Shown here in pieces: positions 47,306 to 57,111 of a stretch of DNA of 64,000 nucleotides. Where the stretch lies: NCBI GenBank assembly GCA_963748325.1, contig CAVVIJ010000004.1:1983122-2047121 (forward strand). The letters are read 5' to 3'. The notes under the pieces were generated by a model, which saw only the letters and a list, made by a program, of their open reading frames with translations, did not search any database and was not told where the DNA came from. The translations under genes were made by a program, and so were the position numbers. The first letter of the stretch is position 1. Each line of letters opens with the position of its first letter. The DNA comes from an uncultured delta proteobacterium. GTDB lineage: Bacteria; Desulfobacterota; Desulfuromonadia; Geobacterales; Geobacteraceae.

Positions 47306-48181
47306 ATGGAAAAGCTGATCTGTGATGAAATAGCTCGATTTGTAGCGGAAAGTCCTGAAAACCGGTTTCCTGGCAGTGACAGGCGCTACTTTGACGATCC
47401 CCTGATCGGTTTTGCTTCTGCCGCTGACCCGATCTTCACGGAGTTCAAGACAATTATAGGCCCTTTTCACCTGGCTCCGTCGGAAATCTTCGCGCATACG
47501 TTTGGTTCGGAAAAAGGACCGGCAACGTCTGTCATTTGCTGGCTACTGCCAATCACTGAAGAGACACGAAAAAGCAATCGAAAGGAAACATTCCTGCCGT
47601 CTCTGGAGTGGGCGCAAACCAGGAGTTACGGCGCGAAATTCATCGTTTCGCTAAGCCGTCATCTTGGTTCATACCTTGAAGCCCTTGGATATCAAGCAGT
47701 TGTTCCACAACTTTCTCCACTCATGCAGTTCTTCGGGGATACCCCTACGGGTCTCGCGTCGACATGGTCGGAACGCCACGCTGCCTATGCAGCCGGTCTC
47801 GGGACTTTCAGCCTCAACTGCGGCTTCATATCCGAGCGCGGGATTACCATCCGATGCGGCAGCATTATTACAGATCTTGTTCTTGCTCCTTCAAAACGAA
47901 CCAGCAATGACCCATTGGGTAATTGCCTCCATTATCATAATGGCCGGTGTGAGTCTTGTATAAAGCGTTGCCCCGTGGGTGCGATATCGCGGCAGGGCCT
48001 CGATAAGACGCTCTGTTATAAACACGCGTATGGCACCGTACCTCAAACGGTGGGAAAACTTTACGGTGTTGCTGAAACCGGCTGCGGACTATGCCAGACC
48101 AAAGTGCCGTGCGAGTTCCTGATACCTTCCACTGGCAGAACCGAAGAGAAAGGGAAACTGTCATGTCGAAACCTACAGTAG
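47306..48181 (+). CDS. 4Fe-4S cluster protein of the epoxyqueuosine reductase/reductive dehalogenase-like type
   Basis: [21 protein letters not shown] and [13 protein letters not shown] motifs; 291 aa. Confidence 0.6.
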   Translation: MEKLICDEIARFVAESPENRFPGSDRRYFDDPLIGFASAADPIFTEFKTIIGPFHLAPSEIFAHTFGSEKGPATSVICWLLPITEETRKSNRKETFLPSLEWAQTRSYGAKFIVSLSRHLGSYLEALGYQAVVPQLSPLMQFFGDTPTGLASTWSERHAAYAAGLGTFSLNCGFISERGITIRCGSIITDLVLAPSKRTSNDPLGNCLHYHNGRCESCIKRCPVGAISRQGLDKTLCYKHAYGTVPQTVGKLYGVAETGCGLCQTKVPCEFLIPSTGRTEEKGKLSCRNLQ

Positions 48182-49090
48182 TTGTTGTTACCGGAGTGTC
48201 GTCAGGCATCGGACGTGTAACGGCAGAAAAATTCTCCGCGCAGGGCTGCCAGGTGTTTGGTACTGTGCGCAACATTGCCAAAACGCTGCCATTATCCGGA
48301 GTGCAGCTCGTCGAGATGGATATTCGCGATGATGCCTCCGTACAGCGCGGAATCCAATCCATCATCGATCAAGCCGGGTGTATCGATATGCTCGTCAATA
48401 ACGCTGGTACGGCTTTGTTTGGTGCGGTTGAGGAAACGTCGATAAGTGAAGCTGCATCGCTCTTCGATACAAACGTATTAGTGTCCCGTGCGGTTAGTTA
48501 GCAGCAGTAATTCCGTGGAATTTCTCTGGCAAGGCGAGGCGACGCAGGCATAGCGGGGCTCTGTCGAGGAGCCACAACGTAGCCAGAGGGCAAAAGAACC
48601 GGAATTTCAAGGATTGAATTAACCGCACGGGACACTAGGCCTCCTGCGTACAGCGAAAGCGGTGCTGCCGCACATGCGGGCCCAGCGCTCCGGAAGAATC
48701 ATCAACGTAAACTCTGTTCTCGGCTTTCTACCTGGCCCCTACATGGGTCTCTATGTGGCATCCAAACACGCTGTCGAAGGGTTGTCCGAATCCCTGGATC
48801 ATGAGGTGCGCCAGTTCGGAATCCGCGTGGTGCTTGTCGAACCAGTATTCACCAAGACAAACCTGAATGCCAACTCGACTCGGGCAGCTTCTACGATCAC
48901 TGCCTACGATACCGAACGTGGTCGCGTATTGCAGGCAGTCGGCAAAAGCATCGATAGTGGTCTGGAGCCCGATGAGGTTGCAAGTGCGATTGTCGCGGCG
49001 GCCACCGGCGCATGGAAGATGCGGCGTCCCGCGGGAGCAAAGGCATCATTGCTGAGCAAATTGCGGCGCTTCATGCCTGCCGGAAGACTT
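48163..49090 (+). pseudogene. short-chain dehydrogenase/reductase interrupted by the MITE and truncated at its 3' end
   Basis: [28 protein letters not shown] | MITE | GLLRTAKAVLPHMR..YVASKHAVEG..LRRFMPAGRL. Removing 48481-48637 restores gta-tta-ggc (V-L-G) in frame. Confidence 0.85.
48481..48635. mobile_element. MITE-like element, copy 2 (155 bp, TA/TA flanks) inside the SDR gene
   Basis: It has the same ends and interior as 2407..2565, with a 4-nt indel. TA sits at 48479-48480 and 48636-48637. Confidence 0.85.
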
Positions 49091-49103
49091 TTTGCTGCCG
49101 GGA

Positions 49104-49918
49104 CTTCCCGCCTTGTACCACCATCAATACACTGTCGGGCTCGGCATGAGCTCCTATGAGCTGGACCTGTTCGGCCGGGTGCGGAGCCTCAAGGACCAGG
49201 CCCTGCAACAGTTTTTCGCCACCGGTGAGGCCCGGCGGAGCGTGCAGATCAGCCTGGTTGCCGAGGTTGCGTCAAACTACCTGACCCTGGCCGCCGATCG
49301 TGAGCGTTTACAGCTAGCCAAAGAAACCCTGACGAGCCAGCAGACCTCCTACCAGCTCATCCGCAGCCGCTATGAGGCAGGGATGTCGTCCGCCCTGGAT
49401 CTGCACCAGGCCCAGACAAGAGGCGATTCGGCGCGGCGCGGGCGGCTTTTTTCCCCCGCATCACCCTGGTATCGTCAGTCGGTTTCGGCAGCGACGACCT
49501 GGGCGGACTCTTCAAGGGAGGCTCCTTTGCCTGGAAAGTCGCCCCGCAGATTACCCTCCCCATCTTCAATGCCGGCAGCAACCGGGCCAATCTGAAGGTG
49601 TCCGAGGTGGACCGCGACATGGCTGTTGCCCAGTACGAAAAAGCCATTCAGACAGCCTTCCGGGAAGTGGCCGACGCCCTTGCCCTGCGAGGAACCATAG
49701 ACGATCAGTTGGCAGCGCAGCAGTCACTTACCGAAGCAACTAACGAAAGTTACCGCCTCTCCCTGGCCCGTTACGAAAAGGGGGTCGACAGCTACCTGAA
49801 CGTCCTTGACTCCCAGCGTTCCCTGTACGGCTCCCAGCAGAACCTGATCAGCGTCCGCCTTGCCCGCCTGACCAATCTGGTGACGCTTTACAAGGTGCTT
49901 GGTGGGGGTAGTTTGTAG
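49104..49918 (+). pseudogene. RND-efflux outer membrane factor (NodT/TolC-like) remnant: N-terminus missing, internal deletion, frameshifts
   Basis: YTVGLGMSSYELDLFGRVRSL..LVAEVASNYLTLAADRERL.. / [31 protein letters not shown] / [27 protein letters not shown], spread over three frames (listed ORFs 49092, 49372, 49598). Confidence 0.8.
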
Positions 49919-50057
49919 TGGCACGCGGCATCAGGAATGAATTTAGTACATTGTCAAAGTAAGCCCATATCCACGTCATTTCAATAGCGTGAAACTTCAA
50001 AATACAGATTCAGGGATATATCAGCCCTGTTACATCAAAAAACAAGAGGGGTACATT

Positions 50058-50405
50058 ATGAGCGACGAAAAAACGTTTATCCGAGATGATGTTGTGGCGG
50101 AGATTAAGAACAAAGCCAGAGGGGACATGGAGTTCAGAAAAATGTTATTTGACAATCCCCAAGAGGCGCTCGACCAATTCGGTTTTGTCATTCCGGGTTC
50201 TTCCGGTGATGACAGGAATTACCAGGAAATACTGAATGCGATGTTTGTCCGGGCAGATTTTTACAAATGGTTTAACACAGAAATCCTGAGTGAATTCAGG
50301 GATGAAACCATTACCATGGTCCCGGGGCCGTCTGTAACTGCTACCGAACATGAAGATATGGATTGGGATTTTGAGGTCACGACATATAAAACGAAACCTG
50401 ATTAG
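50058..50405 (+). CDS. hypothetical protein with an NHLP (nitrile-hydratase-leader-like) N-terminal region
   Basis: MSDEKTFIRDDVVAEIKNKARGDMEFRKMLFDNPQEALDQFGFVIPG resembles the NHLP leader pattern ..I.KAW.D..FK..LL.NP..AL...G..LP (from memory). 115 aa, no Cys. Confidence 0.45.
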   Translation: MSDEKTFIRDDVVAEIKNKARGDMEFRKMLFDNPQEALDQFGFVIPGSSGDDRNYQEILNAMFVRADFYKWFNTEILSEFRDETITMVPGPSVTATEHEDMDWDFEVTTYKTKPD

Positions 50406-50475
50406 CGTTACATGAGGAGGAAGCACCATGGATAAAATTACGGAATCAGGCATGGAAAGGATCGGAGGAACGGCA

Positions 50476-51588
50476 ATGAAAAAATTGTACGAGAAAAGCA
50501 CCATTAACAGTCTGTCGCTCGCAAACAGATTCATCTATTCCGCCACATGGGATGGACGTGCCGATGACAATGGATACTGTACTCCGGGAAACATTGAGAT
50601 GCTGGTGAAGCGTGCACTGGGCGGCGTCGGCCTGATAATCACCGGCATGGCTTATGTGAAACCGGAAGGTAAAGCCGCACCCTGGCAATTGGCGGTAAGT
50701 GGTGATGAATTCATCGACGGACTGGCGAAAATGGCTGGAGCGATTCACGATGCTCGGGGAAAGATTGTCCTTCAATTGGCCCATGGTGGGTGTTATGCCC
50801 CTGCAGAATTAACCCAACATGATGCATTGGGACCCTCCGCGAACGAGACCGTCAAATTTCCACAATGCCGTGAAATGACCTTGCAGGAAATCGATCAAGT
50901 TGTCGAAGCCTTTGGAAAGGCGGCCGGCCGAGCCCAAAAAGCCGGCTTTGATGGTGTGCAGCTGCATGCGGCGCATGGTTATCTGCTGAGCCAGTTTCTC
51001 TCACCCTTTTTCAACAAACGGACGGACAACTACGGCGGCAGTGTTGAAAATCGTGCGCGGATCTTGCTGGAGGTATTCCAAGCGGTACGGAATGAAGTCG
51101 GCGAGGAGTATCCTGTCCTCGTAAAGCTCAACTCCGAGGATTTTGTCGAAGGAGGTCTCACCGTAGCTGAGATGCTTCAGGTGTGTGCAATGCTCGAAAA
51201 GTTCGGCGTGGATGCGATAGAAATGAGTGGCGGGACGATCTATGCCTCCGGGGCCTATTCCAGCTGCAGGATGGGTGCCTTGGATTCGCCAGAAAAGGAG
51301 GTATATTACGAGGATGCCGCGGCTCGTTATAAAGAGAAAATCAGCGTGCCATTGATGTTGGTGGGCGGAATTCGCTCGCCCGAAGTATCCGAAAGACTGG
51401 TAATCGAAGGTTTGACTGATTATGTCTCCCTTTGCCGTCCGCTGATCCGCGAACCAAACCTGATTAAACGGTGGAAAGATGGGGACACTGCGTCGGCAAC
51501 CTGTATGTATTGCAACGGATGTTTCGGACCTGGATTGAAAGGAAACGGGGTGCAATGTATTGCCGGGTCGGGCAACTCAGCTGCATGA
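50476..51588 (+). CDS. Old Yellow Enzyme-family NADH:flavin oxidoreductase with a C-terminal Cys cluster
   Basis: GGAGGA then MKKLYEKSTIN..LQLAHGG..HAAHGYLLSQFLSPF..CMYCNGCFGP..QC. Confidence 0.85.
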   Translation: MKKLYEKSTINSLSLANRFIYSATWDGRADDNGYCTPGNIEMLVKRALGGVGLIITGMAYVKPEGKAAPWQLAVSGDEFIDGLAKMAGAIHDARGKIVLQLAHGGCYAPAELTQHDALGPSANETVKFPQCREMTLQEIDQVVEAFGKAAGRAQKAGFDGVQLHAAHGYLLSQFLSPFFNKRTDNYGGSVENRARILLEVFQAVRNEVGEEYPVLVKLNSEDFVEGGLTVAEMLQVCAMLEKFGVDAIEMSGGTIYASGAYSSCRMGALDSPEKEVYYEDAAARYKEKISVPLMLVGGIRSPEVSERLVIEGLTDYVSLCRPLIREPNLIKRWKDGDTASATCMYCNGCFGPGLKGNGVQCIAGSGNSAA

Positions 51589-51768
51589 TAGTTCGCGGAA
51601 GGTCTGAGCAGCATTGGCCTCGAACCCCCGAACACTCGACGCTGCCTTCATGAGTGCTTTACGAAAACAGTTTACCGACCCAAACCCTCGAACTGGCTGT
51701 CGTTTTGCTCCGGCGTCGAGACGGCTTTCTTCTTGCCGGGATCGGCATGGAGGACGTCCCCCATCAGC

Positions 51769-53070
51769 TTATGCTGTCGCGGCAATGGCAGCCGAGAGGA
51801 TGGCCAGGCCTGTTTCCAGGTCCGCGTCTCCGATGGTGAGCGGCATCAGGGTTCGCAGCACGTTGCCGCTGGCCGTCATGGCGAGCAGGCCGTTTTCGCG
51901 GGCGGCGGCCAGGACCTTCCCCGCCCCCTCCTTGCTGCCGAGCCCGGTCGCAGGATCGACGATATCGATTCCACACATGGCACCCAGGCCGCGCGGGTTT
52001 TGCACGTGGGGTTGCGTCGCGGCGAGCTCTTCGAAAACAGCCATGACCTTCGCGCCGATGTGGCGGGCCCGCTCGGGCAGCTTCTCCTCGGCCATGATGT
52101 CGAGCACCGCGTGCGCTGCCGCGCAGGACACCGGGTTGCCGCCGTAGGTGCCGCCGATACCGCCTACCTTGGGTGAGTTCATGATCTCGGCAGGGGCGGT
52201 TACCGCGCTCAGCGGCATACCGGCCGCCAGTGACTTGGCCATCAATATCATGTCGGGCGCAAGGCCGTAGCGCTCGCAGGCGAACAGGCTGCCGCAGCGG
52301 CCGAATCCGGTCTGAACCTCGTCGGCGACAAGCAGGATGCCGTGTTCTTTGGTTACCTCGCGCAAAACGGAGAGTGCGATGGGGTGCACCGGATAGAACC
52401 CTCCCTCGCCCAGGACCGGTTCGAGCATGATGCAGGCGACGTTCTGCGCCTCCATGTGGTAGGTAAAGAGATCCTTCAGGGCCGCCCGCGCTTCGGCTTC
52501 GACATCACCGTTTCCACGGTCCTTCGGCTGGCCGAAGAAGGGCCGCCAGGGCAGATGGTAGACCTCGGGGGCGAAGGGGCCGAAACCTTCGGTGTAGGGG
52601 GGGACCTTGCCGGTCAGGCTCATCCCCATCAGGGTGCGGCCGTGAAAGCCGCGCTCGAAACTGACCACCGCCGTGCGGCCGGTGAAGGTACGTGCGATCT
52701 TGACGGCGTTCTCGCACGCCTCGGCGCCGCTGTTGAAGAAAGCCGTCATGTTGTCCCCGGGGATGGGGACGAGCGCATTGAGGCGTTCCGCGAGTCGCAC
52801 GTACGGCTCGTACATGGCGACGTGCCAGCAGGTGTGCAGGAAGCGATCGGCCTGCTGTCTGACCGCAGCGACGACCCGGGGATGGTTGTGGCCGACATTG
52901 GTGCAGCCGATGCCGCCGCAAAAATCGATGTACTCCTTCCCCTCGACATCCCACAGCCGAGCCCCTTCGGCGTGGGCGGCGAACACGGGGGCGACGTTGA
53001 AGGGGCCACGCGGCACGGCCGATTCGCGACGCTTCAGCAGGGATTCATTGGTCATGGTCTCGGACGGCAT
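51769..53070 (-). CDS. gabT: class-III aminotransferase, 4-aminobutyrate aminotransferase-like
   Basis: AAAGGAG then MPSETMTNESLLKRR..FFNSGAEACENAVKIAR..FHGRT..ADEVQTGFGRCG. Confidence 0.8.
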   Translation of the reverse strand: MPSETMTNESLLKRRESAVPRGPFNVAPVFAAHAEGARLWDVEGKEYIDFCGGIGCTNVGHNHPRVVAAVRQQADRFLHTCWHVAMYEPYVRLAERLNALVPIPGDNMTAFFNSGAEACENAVKIARTFTGRTAVVSFERGFHGRTLMGMSLTGKVPPYTEGFGPFAPEVYHLPWRPFFGQPKDRGNGDVEAEARAALKDLFTYHMEAQNVACIMLEPVLGEGGFYPVHPIALSVLREVTKEHGILLVADEVQTGFGRCGSLFACERYGLAPDMILMAKSLAAGMPLSAVTAPAEIMNSPKVGGIGGTYGGNPVSCAAAHAVLDIMAEEKLPERARHIGAKVMAVFEELAATQPHVQNPRGLGAMCGIDIVDPATGLGSKEGAGKVLAAARENGLLAMTASGNVLRTLMPLTIGDADLETGLAILSAAIAATA

Positions 53071-53262
53071 GGCGACTCCTTTCGATGCTCTCTTTACAGG
53101 CTGATGAAAAACGTCCATCTGCGGCGTTGGCCTCATCCTTCGTCAACGACGTACCATCCAGGTACGCCTTATTCCTTGGGATTTCAGGCGCCTTGCATCT
53201 GGACATTTTTGATCAGCCTGAAAACCTGACTTTTTCAACACCCTGTCAAATAATGATCGGCG

Positions 53263-54429
53263 TTACGCCTGCAGCTCGACCAGCACGGCCATGCCTTGGC
53301 CGCCGCCGATGCAGAGCGAGGCCACGCCCCGATTCAGGTTCCGCTCCCGCAGGGCATGGATCAGCGTCATCACCAGCCTCAAACCGGTGGCGCCGAAAGG
53401 GTGGCCGATGGCCAAGGCGCCGCCGTTGACGTTCAACTTCTCGGCGGGAATTTTCAGTTCGCGGTTGACCGCCAGGATCTGTCCGGCGAACGCCTCGTTG
53501 ATTTCAAACAGATCGACATCTTCCTTTTGCAGGCCGCAGGCATCGAGCAGCTTCGGAATCGCCAGCGCCGGCCCCATGCCCATGCGGCCGGGCGTGAGGG
53601 CGACGGTTGCCACCCCTTTCAGCCATCCCATCGGCGCGCCGCCAACGCGGGCGCAGACCTCTTGCGAGCAGACCAGGGCGGCGGCAGCTCCGTCGCTCAG
53701 CGGCGAGGAGTTGCCCGCCGTCACCCGCCCGTCCCTGCGAAAGGCCGGTCGGAGCTTTGCCAGGCGCTCGAGCGAGGTGTCCTCGCGGACCGACTCGTCG
53801 CACGCGACGGGCGCCGCGTCGCGCTTGCCGGTGGCGGGCAGGGCAACGATTTCGCCCTGGAAAAATCCCCGCTTGCCGGCGGCGACGGCGCGCCGGTGAC
53901 TCTCCAGCGCGAAAGCATCCATCTCCTCGCGGGAGATTTCGAACTCGTCAGCGAGGATCTCGGCGGTTTCGCCCATCGACGGATCGCCGATGTCTTCAGT
54001 GGCCAGGCGAATCTTGTACGGCCGCGGCTCGAAGTAGTCATAGGGGCGGGCGGTCTTCTCCATCAGCCAGGGACAGCGGCTGGCGCTGTCGACCCCGCCA
54101 AGAAGAATCCGCTTCGCCAGACCGGCGTTGATTTTTGCCGCCGCCGTTGCCAGCGCTTCCATGCTCGAAGCGCATTGCCGATCCAGCGTCATGGCGGGAA
54201 GGTCTACGGGCAGTTGTGCTGCGAGCGCCGCCACGCGGGCGATGTTGCCGATGCCGTCGCGCACGCTGCCAACGATCACCTCATCGAGGTCGCCGGGAGA
54301 GGTGTCCGCGACGTGTCGAAAGATGCGCGCGAGCAGTTCGTGCGCCTCGTATCCGGCGAGAGCCCCGCCGAGACGGCCGAACGGGCTGCGGCAACCTTCG
54401 ATTATGGCGACCGGTTCCTTGAGCCTCAT
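53263..54429 (-). CDS. acetyl-CoA C-acyltransferase (thiolase)
   Basis: MRLKEPVAIIEG..LDRQCASSMEAL..NVNGGALAIGHPFGATG..CIGGGQGMA. Its ATG overlaps the upstream stop (ATGA). Confidence 0.9.
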   Translation of the reverse strand: MRLKEPVAIIEGCRSPFGRLGGALAGYEAHELLARIFRHVADTSPGDLDEVIVGSVRDGIGNIARVAALAAQLPVDLPAMTLDRQCASSMEALATAAAKINAGLAKRILLGGVDSASRCPWLMEKTARPYDYFEPRPYKIRLATEDIGDPSMGETAEILADEFEISREEMDAFALESHRRAVAAGKRGFFQGEIVALPATGKRDAAPVACDESVREDTSLERLAKLRPAFRRDGRVTAGNSSPLSDGAAAALVCSQEVCARVGGAPMGWLKGVATVALTPGRMGMGPALAIPKLLDACGLQKEDVDLFEINEAFAGQILAVNRELKIPAEKLNVNGGALAIGHPFGATGLRLVMTLIHALRERNLNRGVASLCIGGGQGMAVLVELQA

Positions 54430-55727
54430 GGCCGCGACACCCTCTTTCTCACGCCGCACCAGTTGGCGATCAGGGAGGTGAAAACCTCGGCGACGCGCTG
54501 CATGGAGTCGATGCTGACGCGTTCGTCTGCGCCATGGATGTCCTCGGCAAGAGGGCCGTAGCAGGTGGCGGGCGTGTCGTAGTAAAGCGAGTAGAATCGC
54601 GCATCCGTGGTGCAGGTGGCCTTGTATGCGGGGGCCGGCCGGCCGCGCCAGTGTTCATGGGCCCCTTGCAGGCTGCGGCCGAAATCGCCGTCGATGTCGA
54701 AACGTGCGCCCTCGGCCTGAAAACCGGCATATTCGACACGCGGCGGATTCTCCCGCAGCCAGGGGTCGGCGGCCGCAGCCTCGGCGACGCGCTCCTCGAT
54801 GGTGCGCATCAGCCCGGCGCACTGCTCGCCGGGGAAGAGCCCGAGGCGAAACCGGGTGACGCATTCGCCGGCGACGGTGCTGGCCCAGTCGCCGCCCCTG
54901 ATTATACCGACGTTCAGGTTGAGGGGATGCTCGACGTCGCGGTAGGCGTCGGGGATCTTCTCCTGCCGGTTGAGATCTGCTTCCAGGGACCGCATCGCCC
55001 GGATGAACAGCCAGGACTTCTCGATGGCGTTGACCCCTTGGCCCGCGCCCAGCACGTGCTGCGTTTTCCCCAGCACCCGCACCTGGAACCAGAGCACACC
55101 GAGCTGGTGGGTCAGGATCGACTCGGCAAAGGGCTCCGGGATCACGCACGCATCGGCGCGGTAGCCGCGCTCGAGGATGGCCAGGGTACCGTTGCCGGTG
55201 CATTCCTCTTCGACGGGGGACTGGCAGATCACCTTCGATGCCGGTTCGAGGCCGAGTTCCTGCAGCGCGGCCAGCGCCCAGAGGTAGCTGATGGTGCCGC
55301 CTTTCATGTCGCCGGCGCCGCGTCCGTACATCCAGGATTCGCCATCATCATCGGCGATGTGCGGGTCAAAGGGATCGCGGGACCACAGCTTGACCGGCTC
55401 CGGGCTGACGACGTCGATATGGCCGTTGAACGCCAGGCTGCGCCCCTCGGACACCCCCGGGTCGTGGACGGCGACGAGGTTCTCCTTGCCCTCGAGCGTC
55501 CAGTCGACCGGGCTGAAGCCGGGCAGGCTCCGGATGCGCTCGAGCCGGATCGGTTCGATGCGGGTTGCATAGCCGAGGCGGTCGAAGACGCCGGCGAGAT
55601 AGTGCTGGCCCTCCGCCTCCCGGCCGAGCACGGTCGGGCAGCGCACCAGGTCGGCCAGGGTGCGAACGGCCCAGTCCCGCCTCTCCAGGAGGGCCTGGCG
55701 GACGGTTTCTGTTGGCGGCAGCTTCAA
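54426..55727 (-). CDS. M20-family metallohydrolase (ArgE/DapE/acylase-like deacylase)
   Basis: FNGHIDVV..YGRGAGDMKGG motifs; 433 aa. Confidence 0.8.
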   Translation of the reverse strand: MKLPPTETVRQALLERRDWAVRTLADLVRCPTVLGREAEGQHYLAGVFDRLGYATRIEPIRLERIRSLPGFSPVDWTLEGKENLVAVHDPGVSEGRSLAFNGHIDVVSPEPVKLWSRDPFDPHIADDDGESWMYGRGAGDMKGGTISYLWALAALQELGLEPASKVICQSPVEEECTGNGTLAILERGYRADACVIPEPFAESILTHQLGVLWFQVRVLGKTQHVLGAGQGVNAIEKSWLFIRAMRSLEADLNRQEKIPDAYRDVEHPLNLNVGIIRGGDWASTVAGECVTRFRLGLFPGEQCAGLMRTIEERVAEAAAADPWLRENPPRVEYAGFQAEGARFDIDGDFGRSLQGAHEHWRGRPAPAYKATCTTDARFYSLYYDTPATCYGPLAEDIHGADERVSIDSMQRVAEVFTSLIANWCGVRKRVSRP

Positions 55728-56416
55728 ACTTCGACCTCCTTCCAGGGTTCGAGTTGGTCATCGACCTCGATCTCTGCGGCGATGCCCTGCAAAATGCCTT
55801 CGGCCGTGTATCCCGGGCGGACGCTGGTGAGTCTCAGTCGGCCATCGCGCCGGCGGAATACCGCGCGTTCGGTGATCAGGGTATCGACGCAGCCGCGGGC
55901 CGTGAGCGGCAGGGTGCACTCGGCCAGGAGCTTGGCGTTGCCGTGCTTGTCGCAATGGCGGCTGATTACCAGCACCTGCCTCGCCTTCTGGGCCAATTCC
56001 ATGGCGCCGCCCATGCCGGGGGTGAGCTTGCCGGGGATCTTCCAGTTGGCGAGATCCCCGTTCACCGCGACCTGAAACGCGCCCAGCACGGCGAGATCGA
56101 GGTGCCCACCACGCACAATGCCGAAGGAGGTCGCGCTGTCGAAGCAGGCAGCCCCCGGCATCAGCATGGTCGCGCGACCGCCGGCGTCGACAACGTCGTT
56201 GTCCGGCGTGCCGTCCTGCAGGGGTGGTCCCAGGCCGACAAAGCCGTTCTCCGAGTGAAAGATAACATCGAGCCCTGCCGGCAAAAATCCCGGTAGCAGC
56301 GTGGGCATGCCGATCCCCAGGTTGACGAGGGTCCCATCCTTGATCTCCAGCGCAGCGCGGCGCAGGATCACCTCTTCCTCCGGGGTGCAATCGGGTTTTC
56401 TGCTGCTTTTCGTCAT
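55724..56416 (-). CDS. 3-oxoacid CoA-transferase subunit B
   Basis: VNLGIGMPTL..HSENGFVGLGP (SENG glutamate motif). Confidence 0.88.
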   Translation of the reverse strand: MTKSSRKPDCTPEEEVILRRAALEIKDGTLVNLGIGMPTLLPGFLPAGLDVIFHSENGFVGLGPPLQDGTPDNDVVDAGGRATMLMPGAACFDSATSFGIVRGGHLDLAVLGAFQVAVNGDLANWKIPGKLTPGMGGAMELAQKARQVLVISRHCDKHGNAKLLAECTLPLTARGCVDTLITERAVFRRRDGRLRLTSVRPGYTAEGILQGIAAEIEVDDQLEPWKEVEV

Positions 56417-57105
56417 CAGGCGTCCTTTTTGACGTGCGCCCGCGGCTGCGCCAAAACAACGGCGTCGACGAGCACGCCGGGCAGGTGGACATTCTCCGGC
56501 GCGATGCTGCCGACCTCTACGATTTCCTTGGCTTCAAGGATGGCGGTGTTGCAGGCGGAGAGCATCGGGACGCACATGTTGCGGTTCGAGCCGCGCCACC
56601 AGGCGTTGCCCGCACGATCGACGACATCGGCACAGGCCAGGGCCACGTCGCCGCGCAGCGCGTATTCGACGAGAAGCTCCCGGCCGTCCAGATCAAGGGT
56701 TTTGCGACCTTCGGCCACCTCGGTGCCCAGGCCGATATCGGAGAGGAATGCCGGGATGCCGACGCCGCCGGCGCGGATGCGCTCGGCGAATATCCCCTGC
56801 GGAACGAACTCGCAGGTCACCTCGCCCCGGTTCATCTGGTCGATGAAATCGGGGTTGAGGCCGATATGGGTTGTGATCAGCTTCTTCACCATCCCCTGCC
56901 GCAGCAGCAGGTCGATGCCGAGGCCGGGTTCGTTGGCGTCGTTCTTGACCAGCGTCAGCCCCGAAAAGCGTTGCGGATAAAGGGCGATTTGCTCCAGCAG
57001 CGTGAAGGGCACGCCGCCGCGGCCGAAGCCGCCGATCATCCAGGTCTGACCGGCCTCGAGGTGGCGGTCCAGGATATAGTCGATCTTTGCGACCTTGTTC
57101 TTCAT
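56416..57105 (-). CDS. 3-oxoacid CoA-transferase subunit A
   Basis: MKNKVAKIDY..TWMIGGFGRGGVPFTL; 229 aa. It overlaps subunit B by 1 nt. Confidence 0.88.
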   Translation of the reverse strand: MKNKVAKIDYILDRHLEAGQTWMIGGFGRGGVPFTLLEQIALYPQRFSGLTLVKNDANEPGLGIDLLLRQGMVKKLITTHIGLNPDFIDQMNRGEVTCEFVPQGIFAERIRAGGVGIPAFLSDIGLGTEVAEGRKTLDLDGRELLVEYALRGDVALACADVVDRAGNAWWRGSNRNMCVPMLSACNTAILEAKEIVEVGSIAPENVHLPGVLVDAVVLAQPRAHVKKDA

Positions 57106-57111
57106 GGGCGG

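Noticed and set aside
49919-49936. TGGCACGCGGCATCAGG as a sigma-54 -24/-12 element upstream of the NHLP-like gene.
   Set aside because: The -12 region lacks the conserved GC at the correct spacing.
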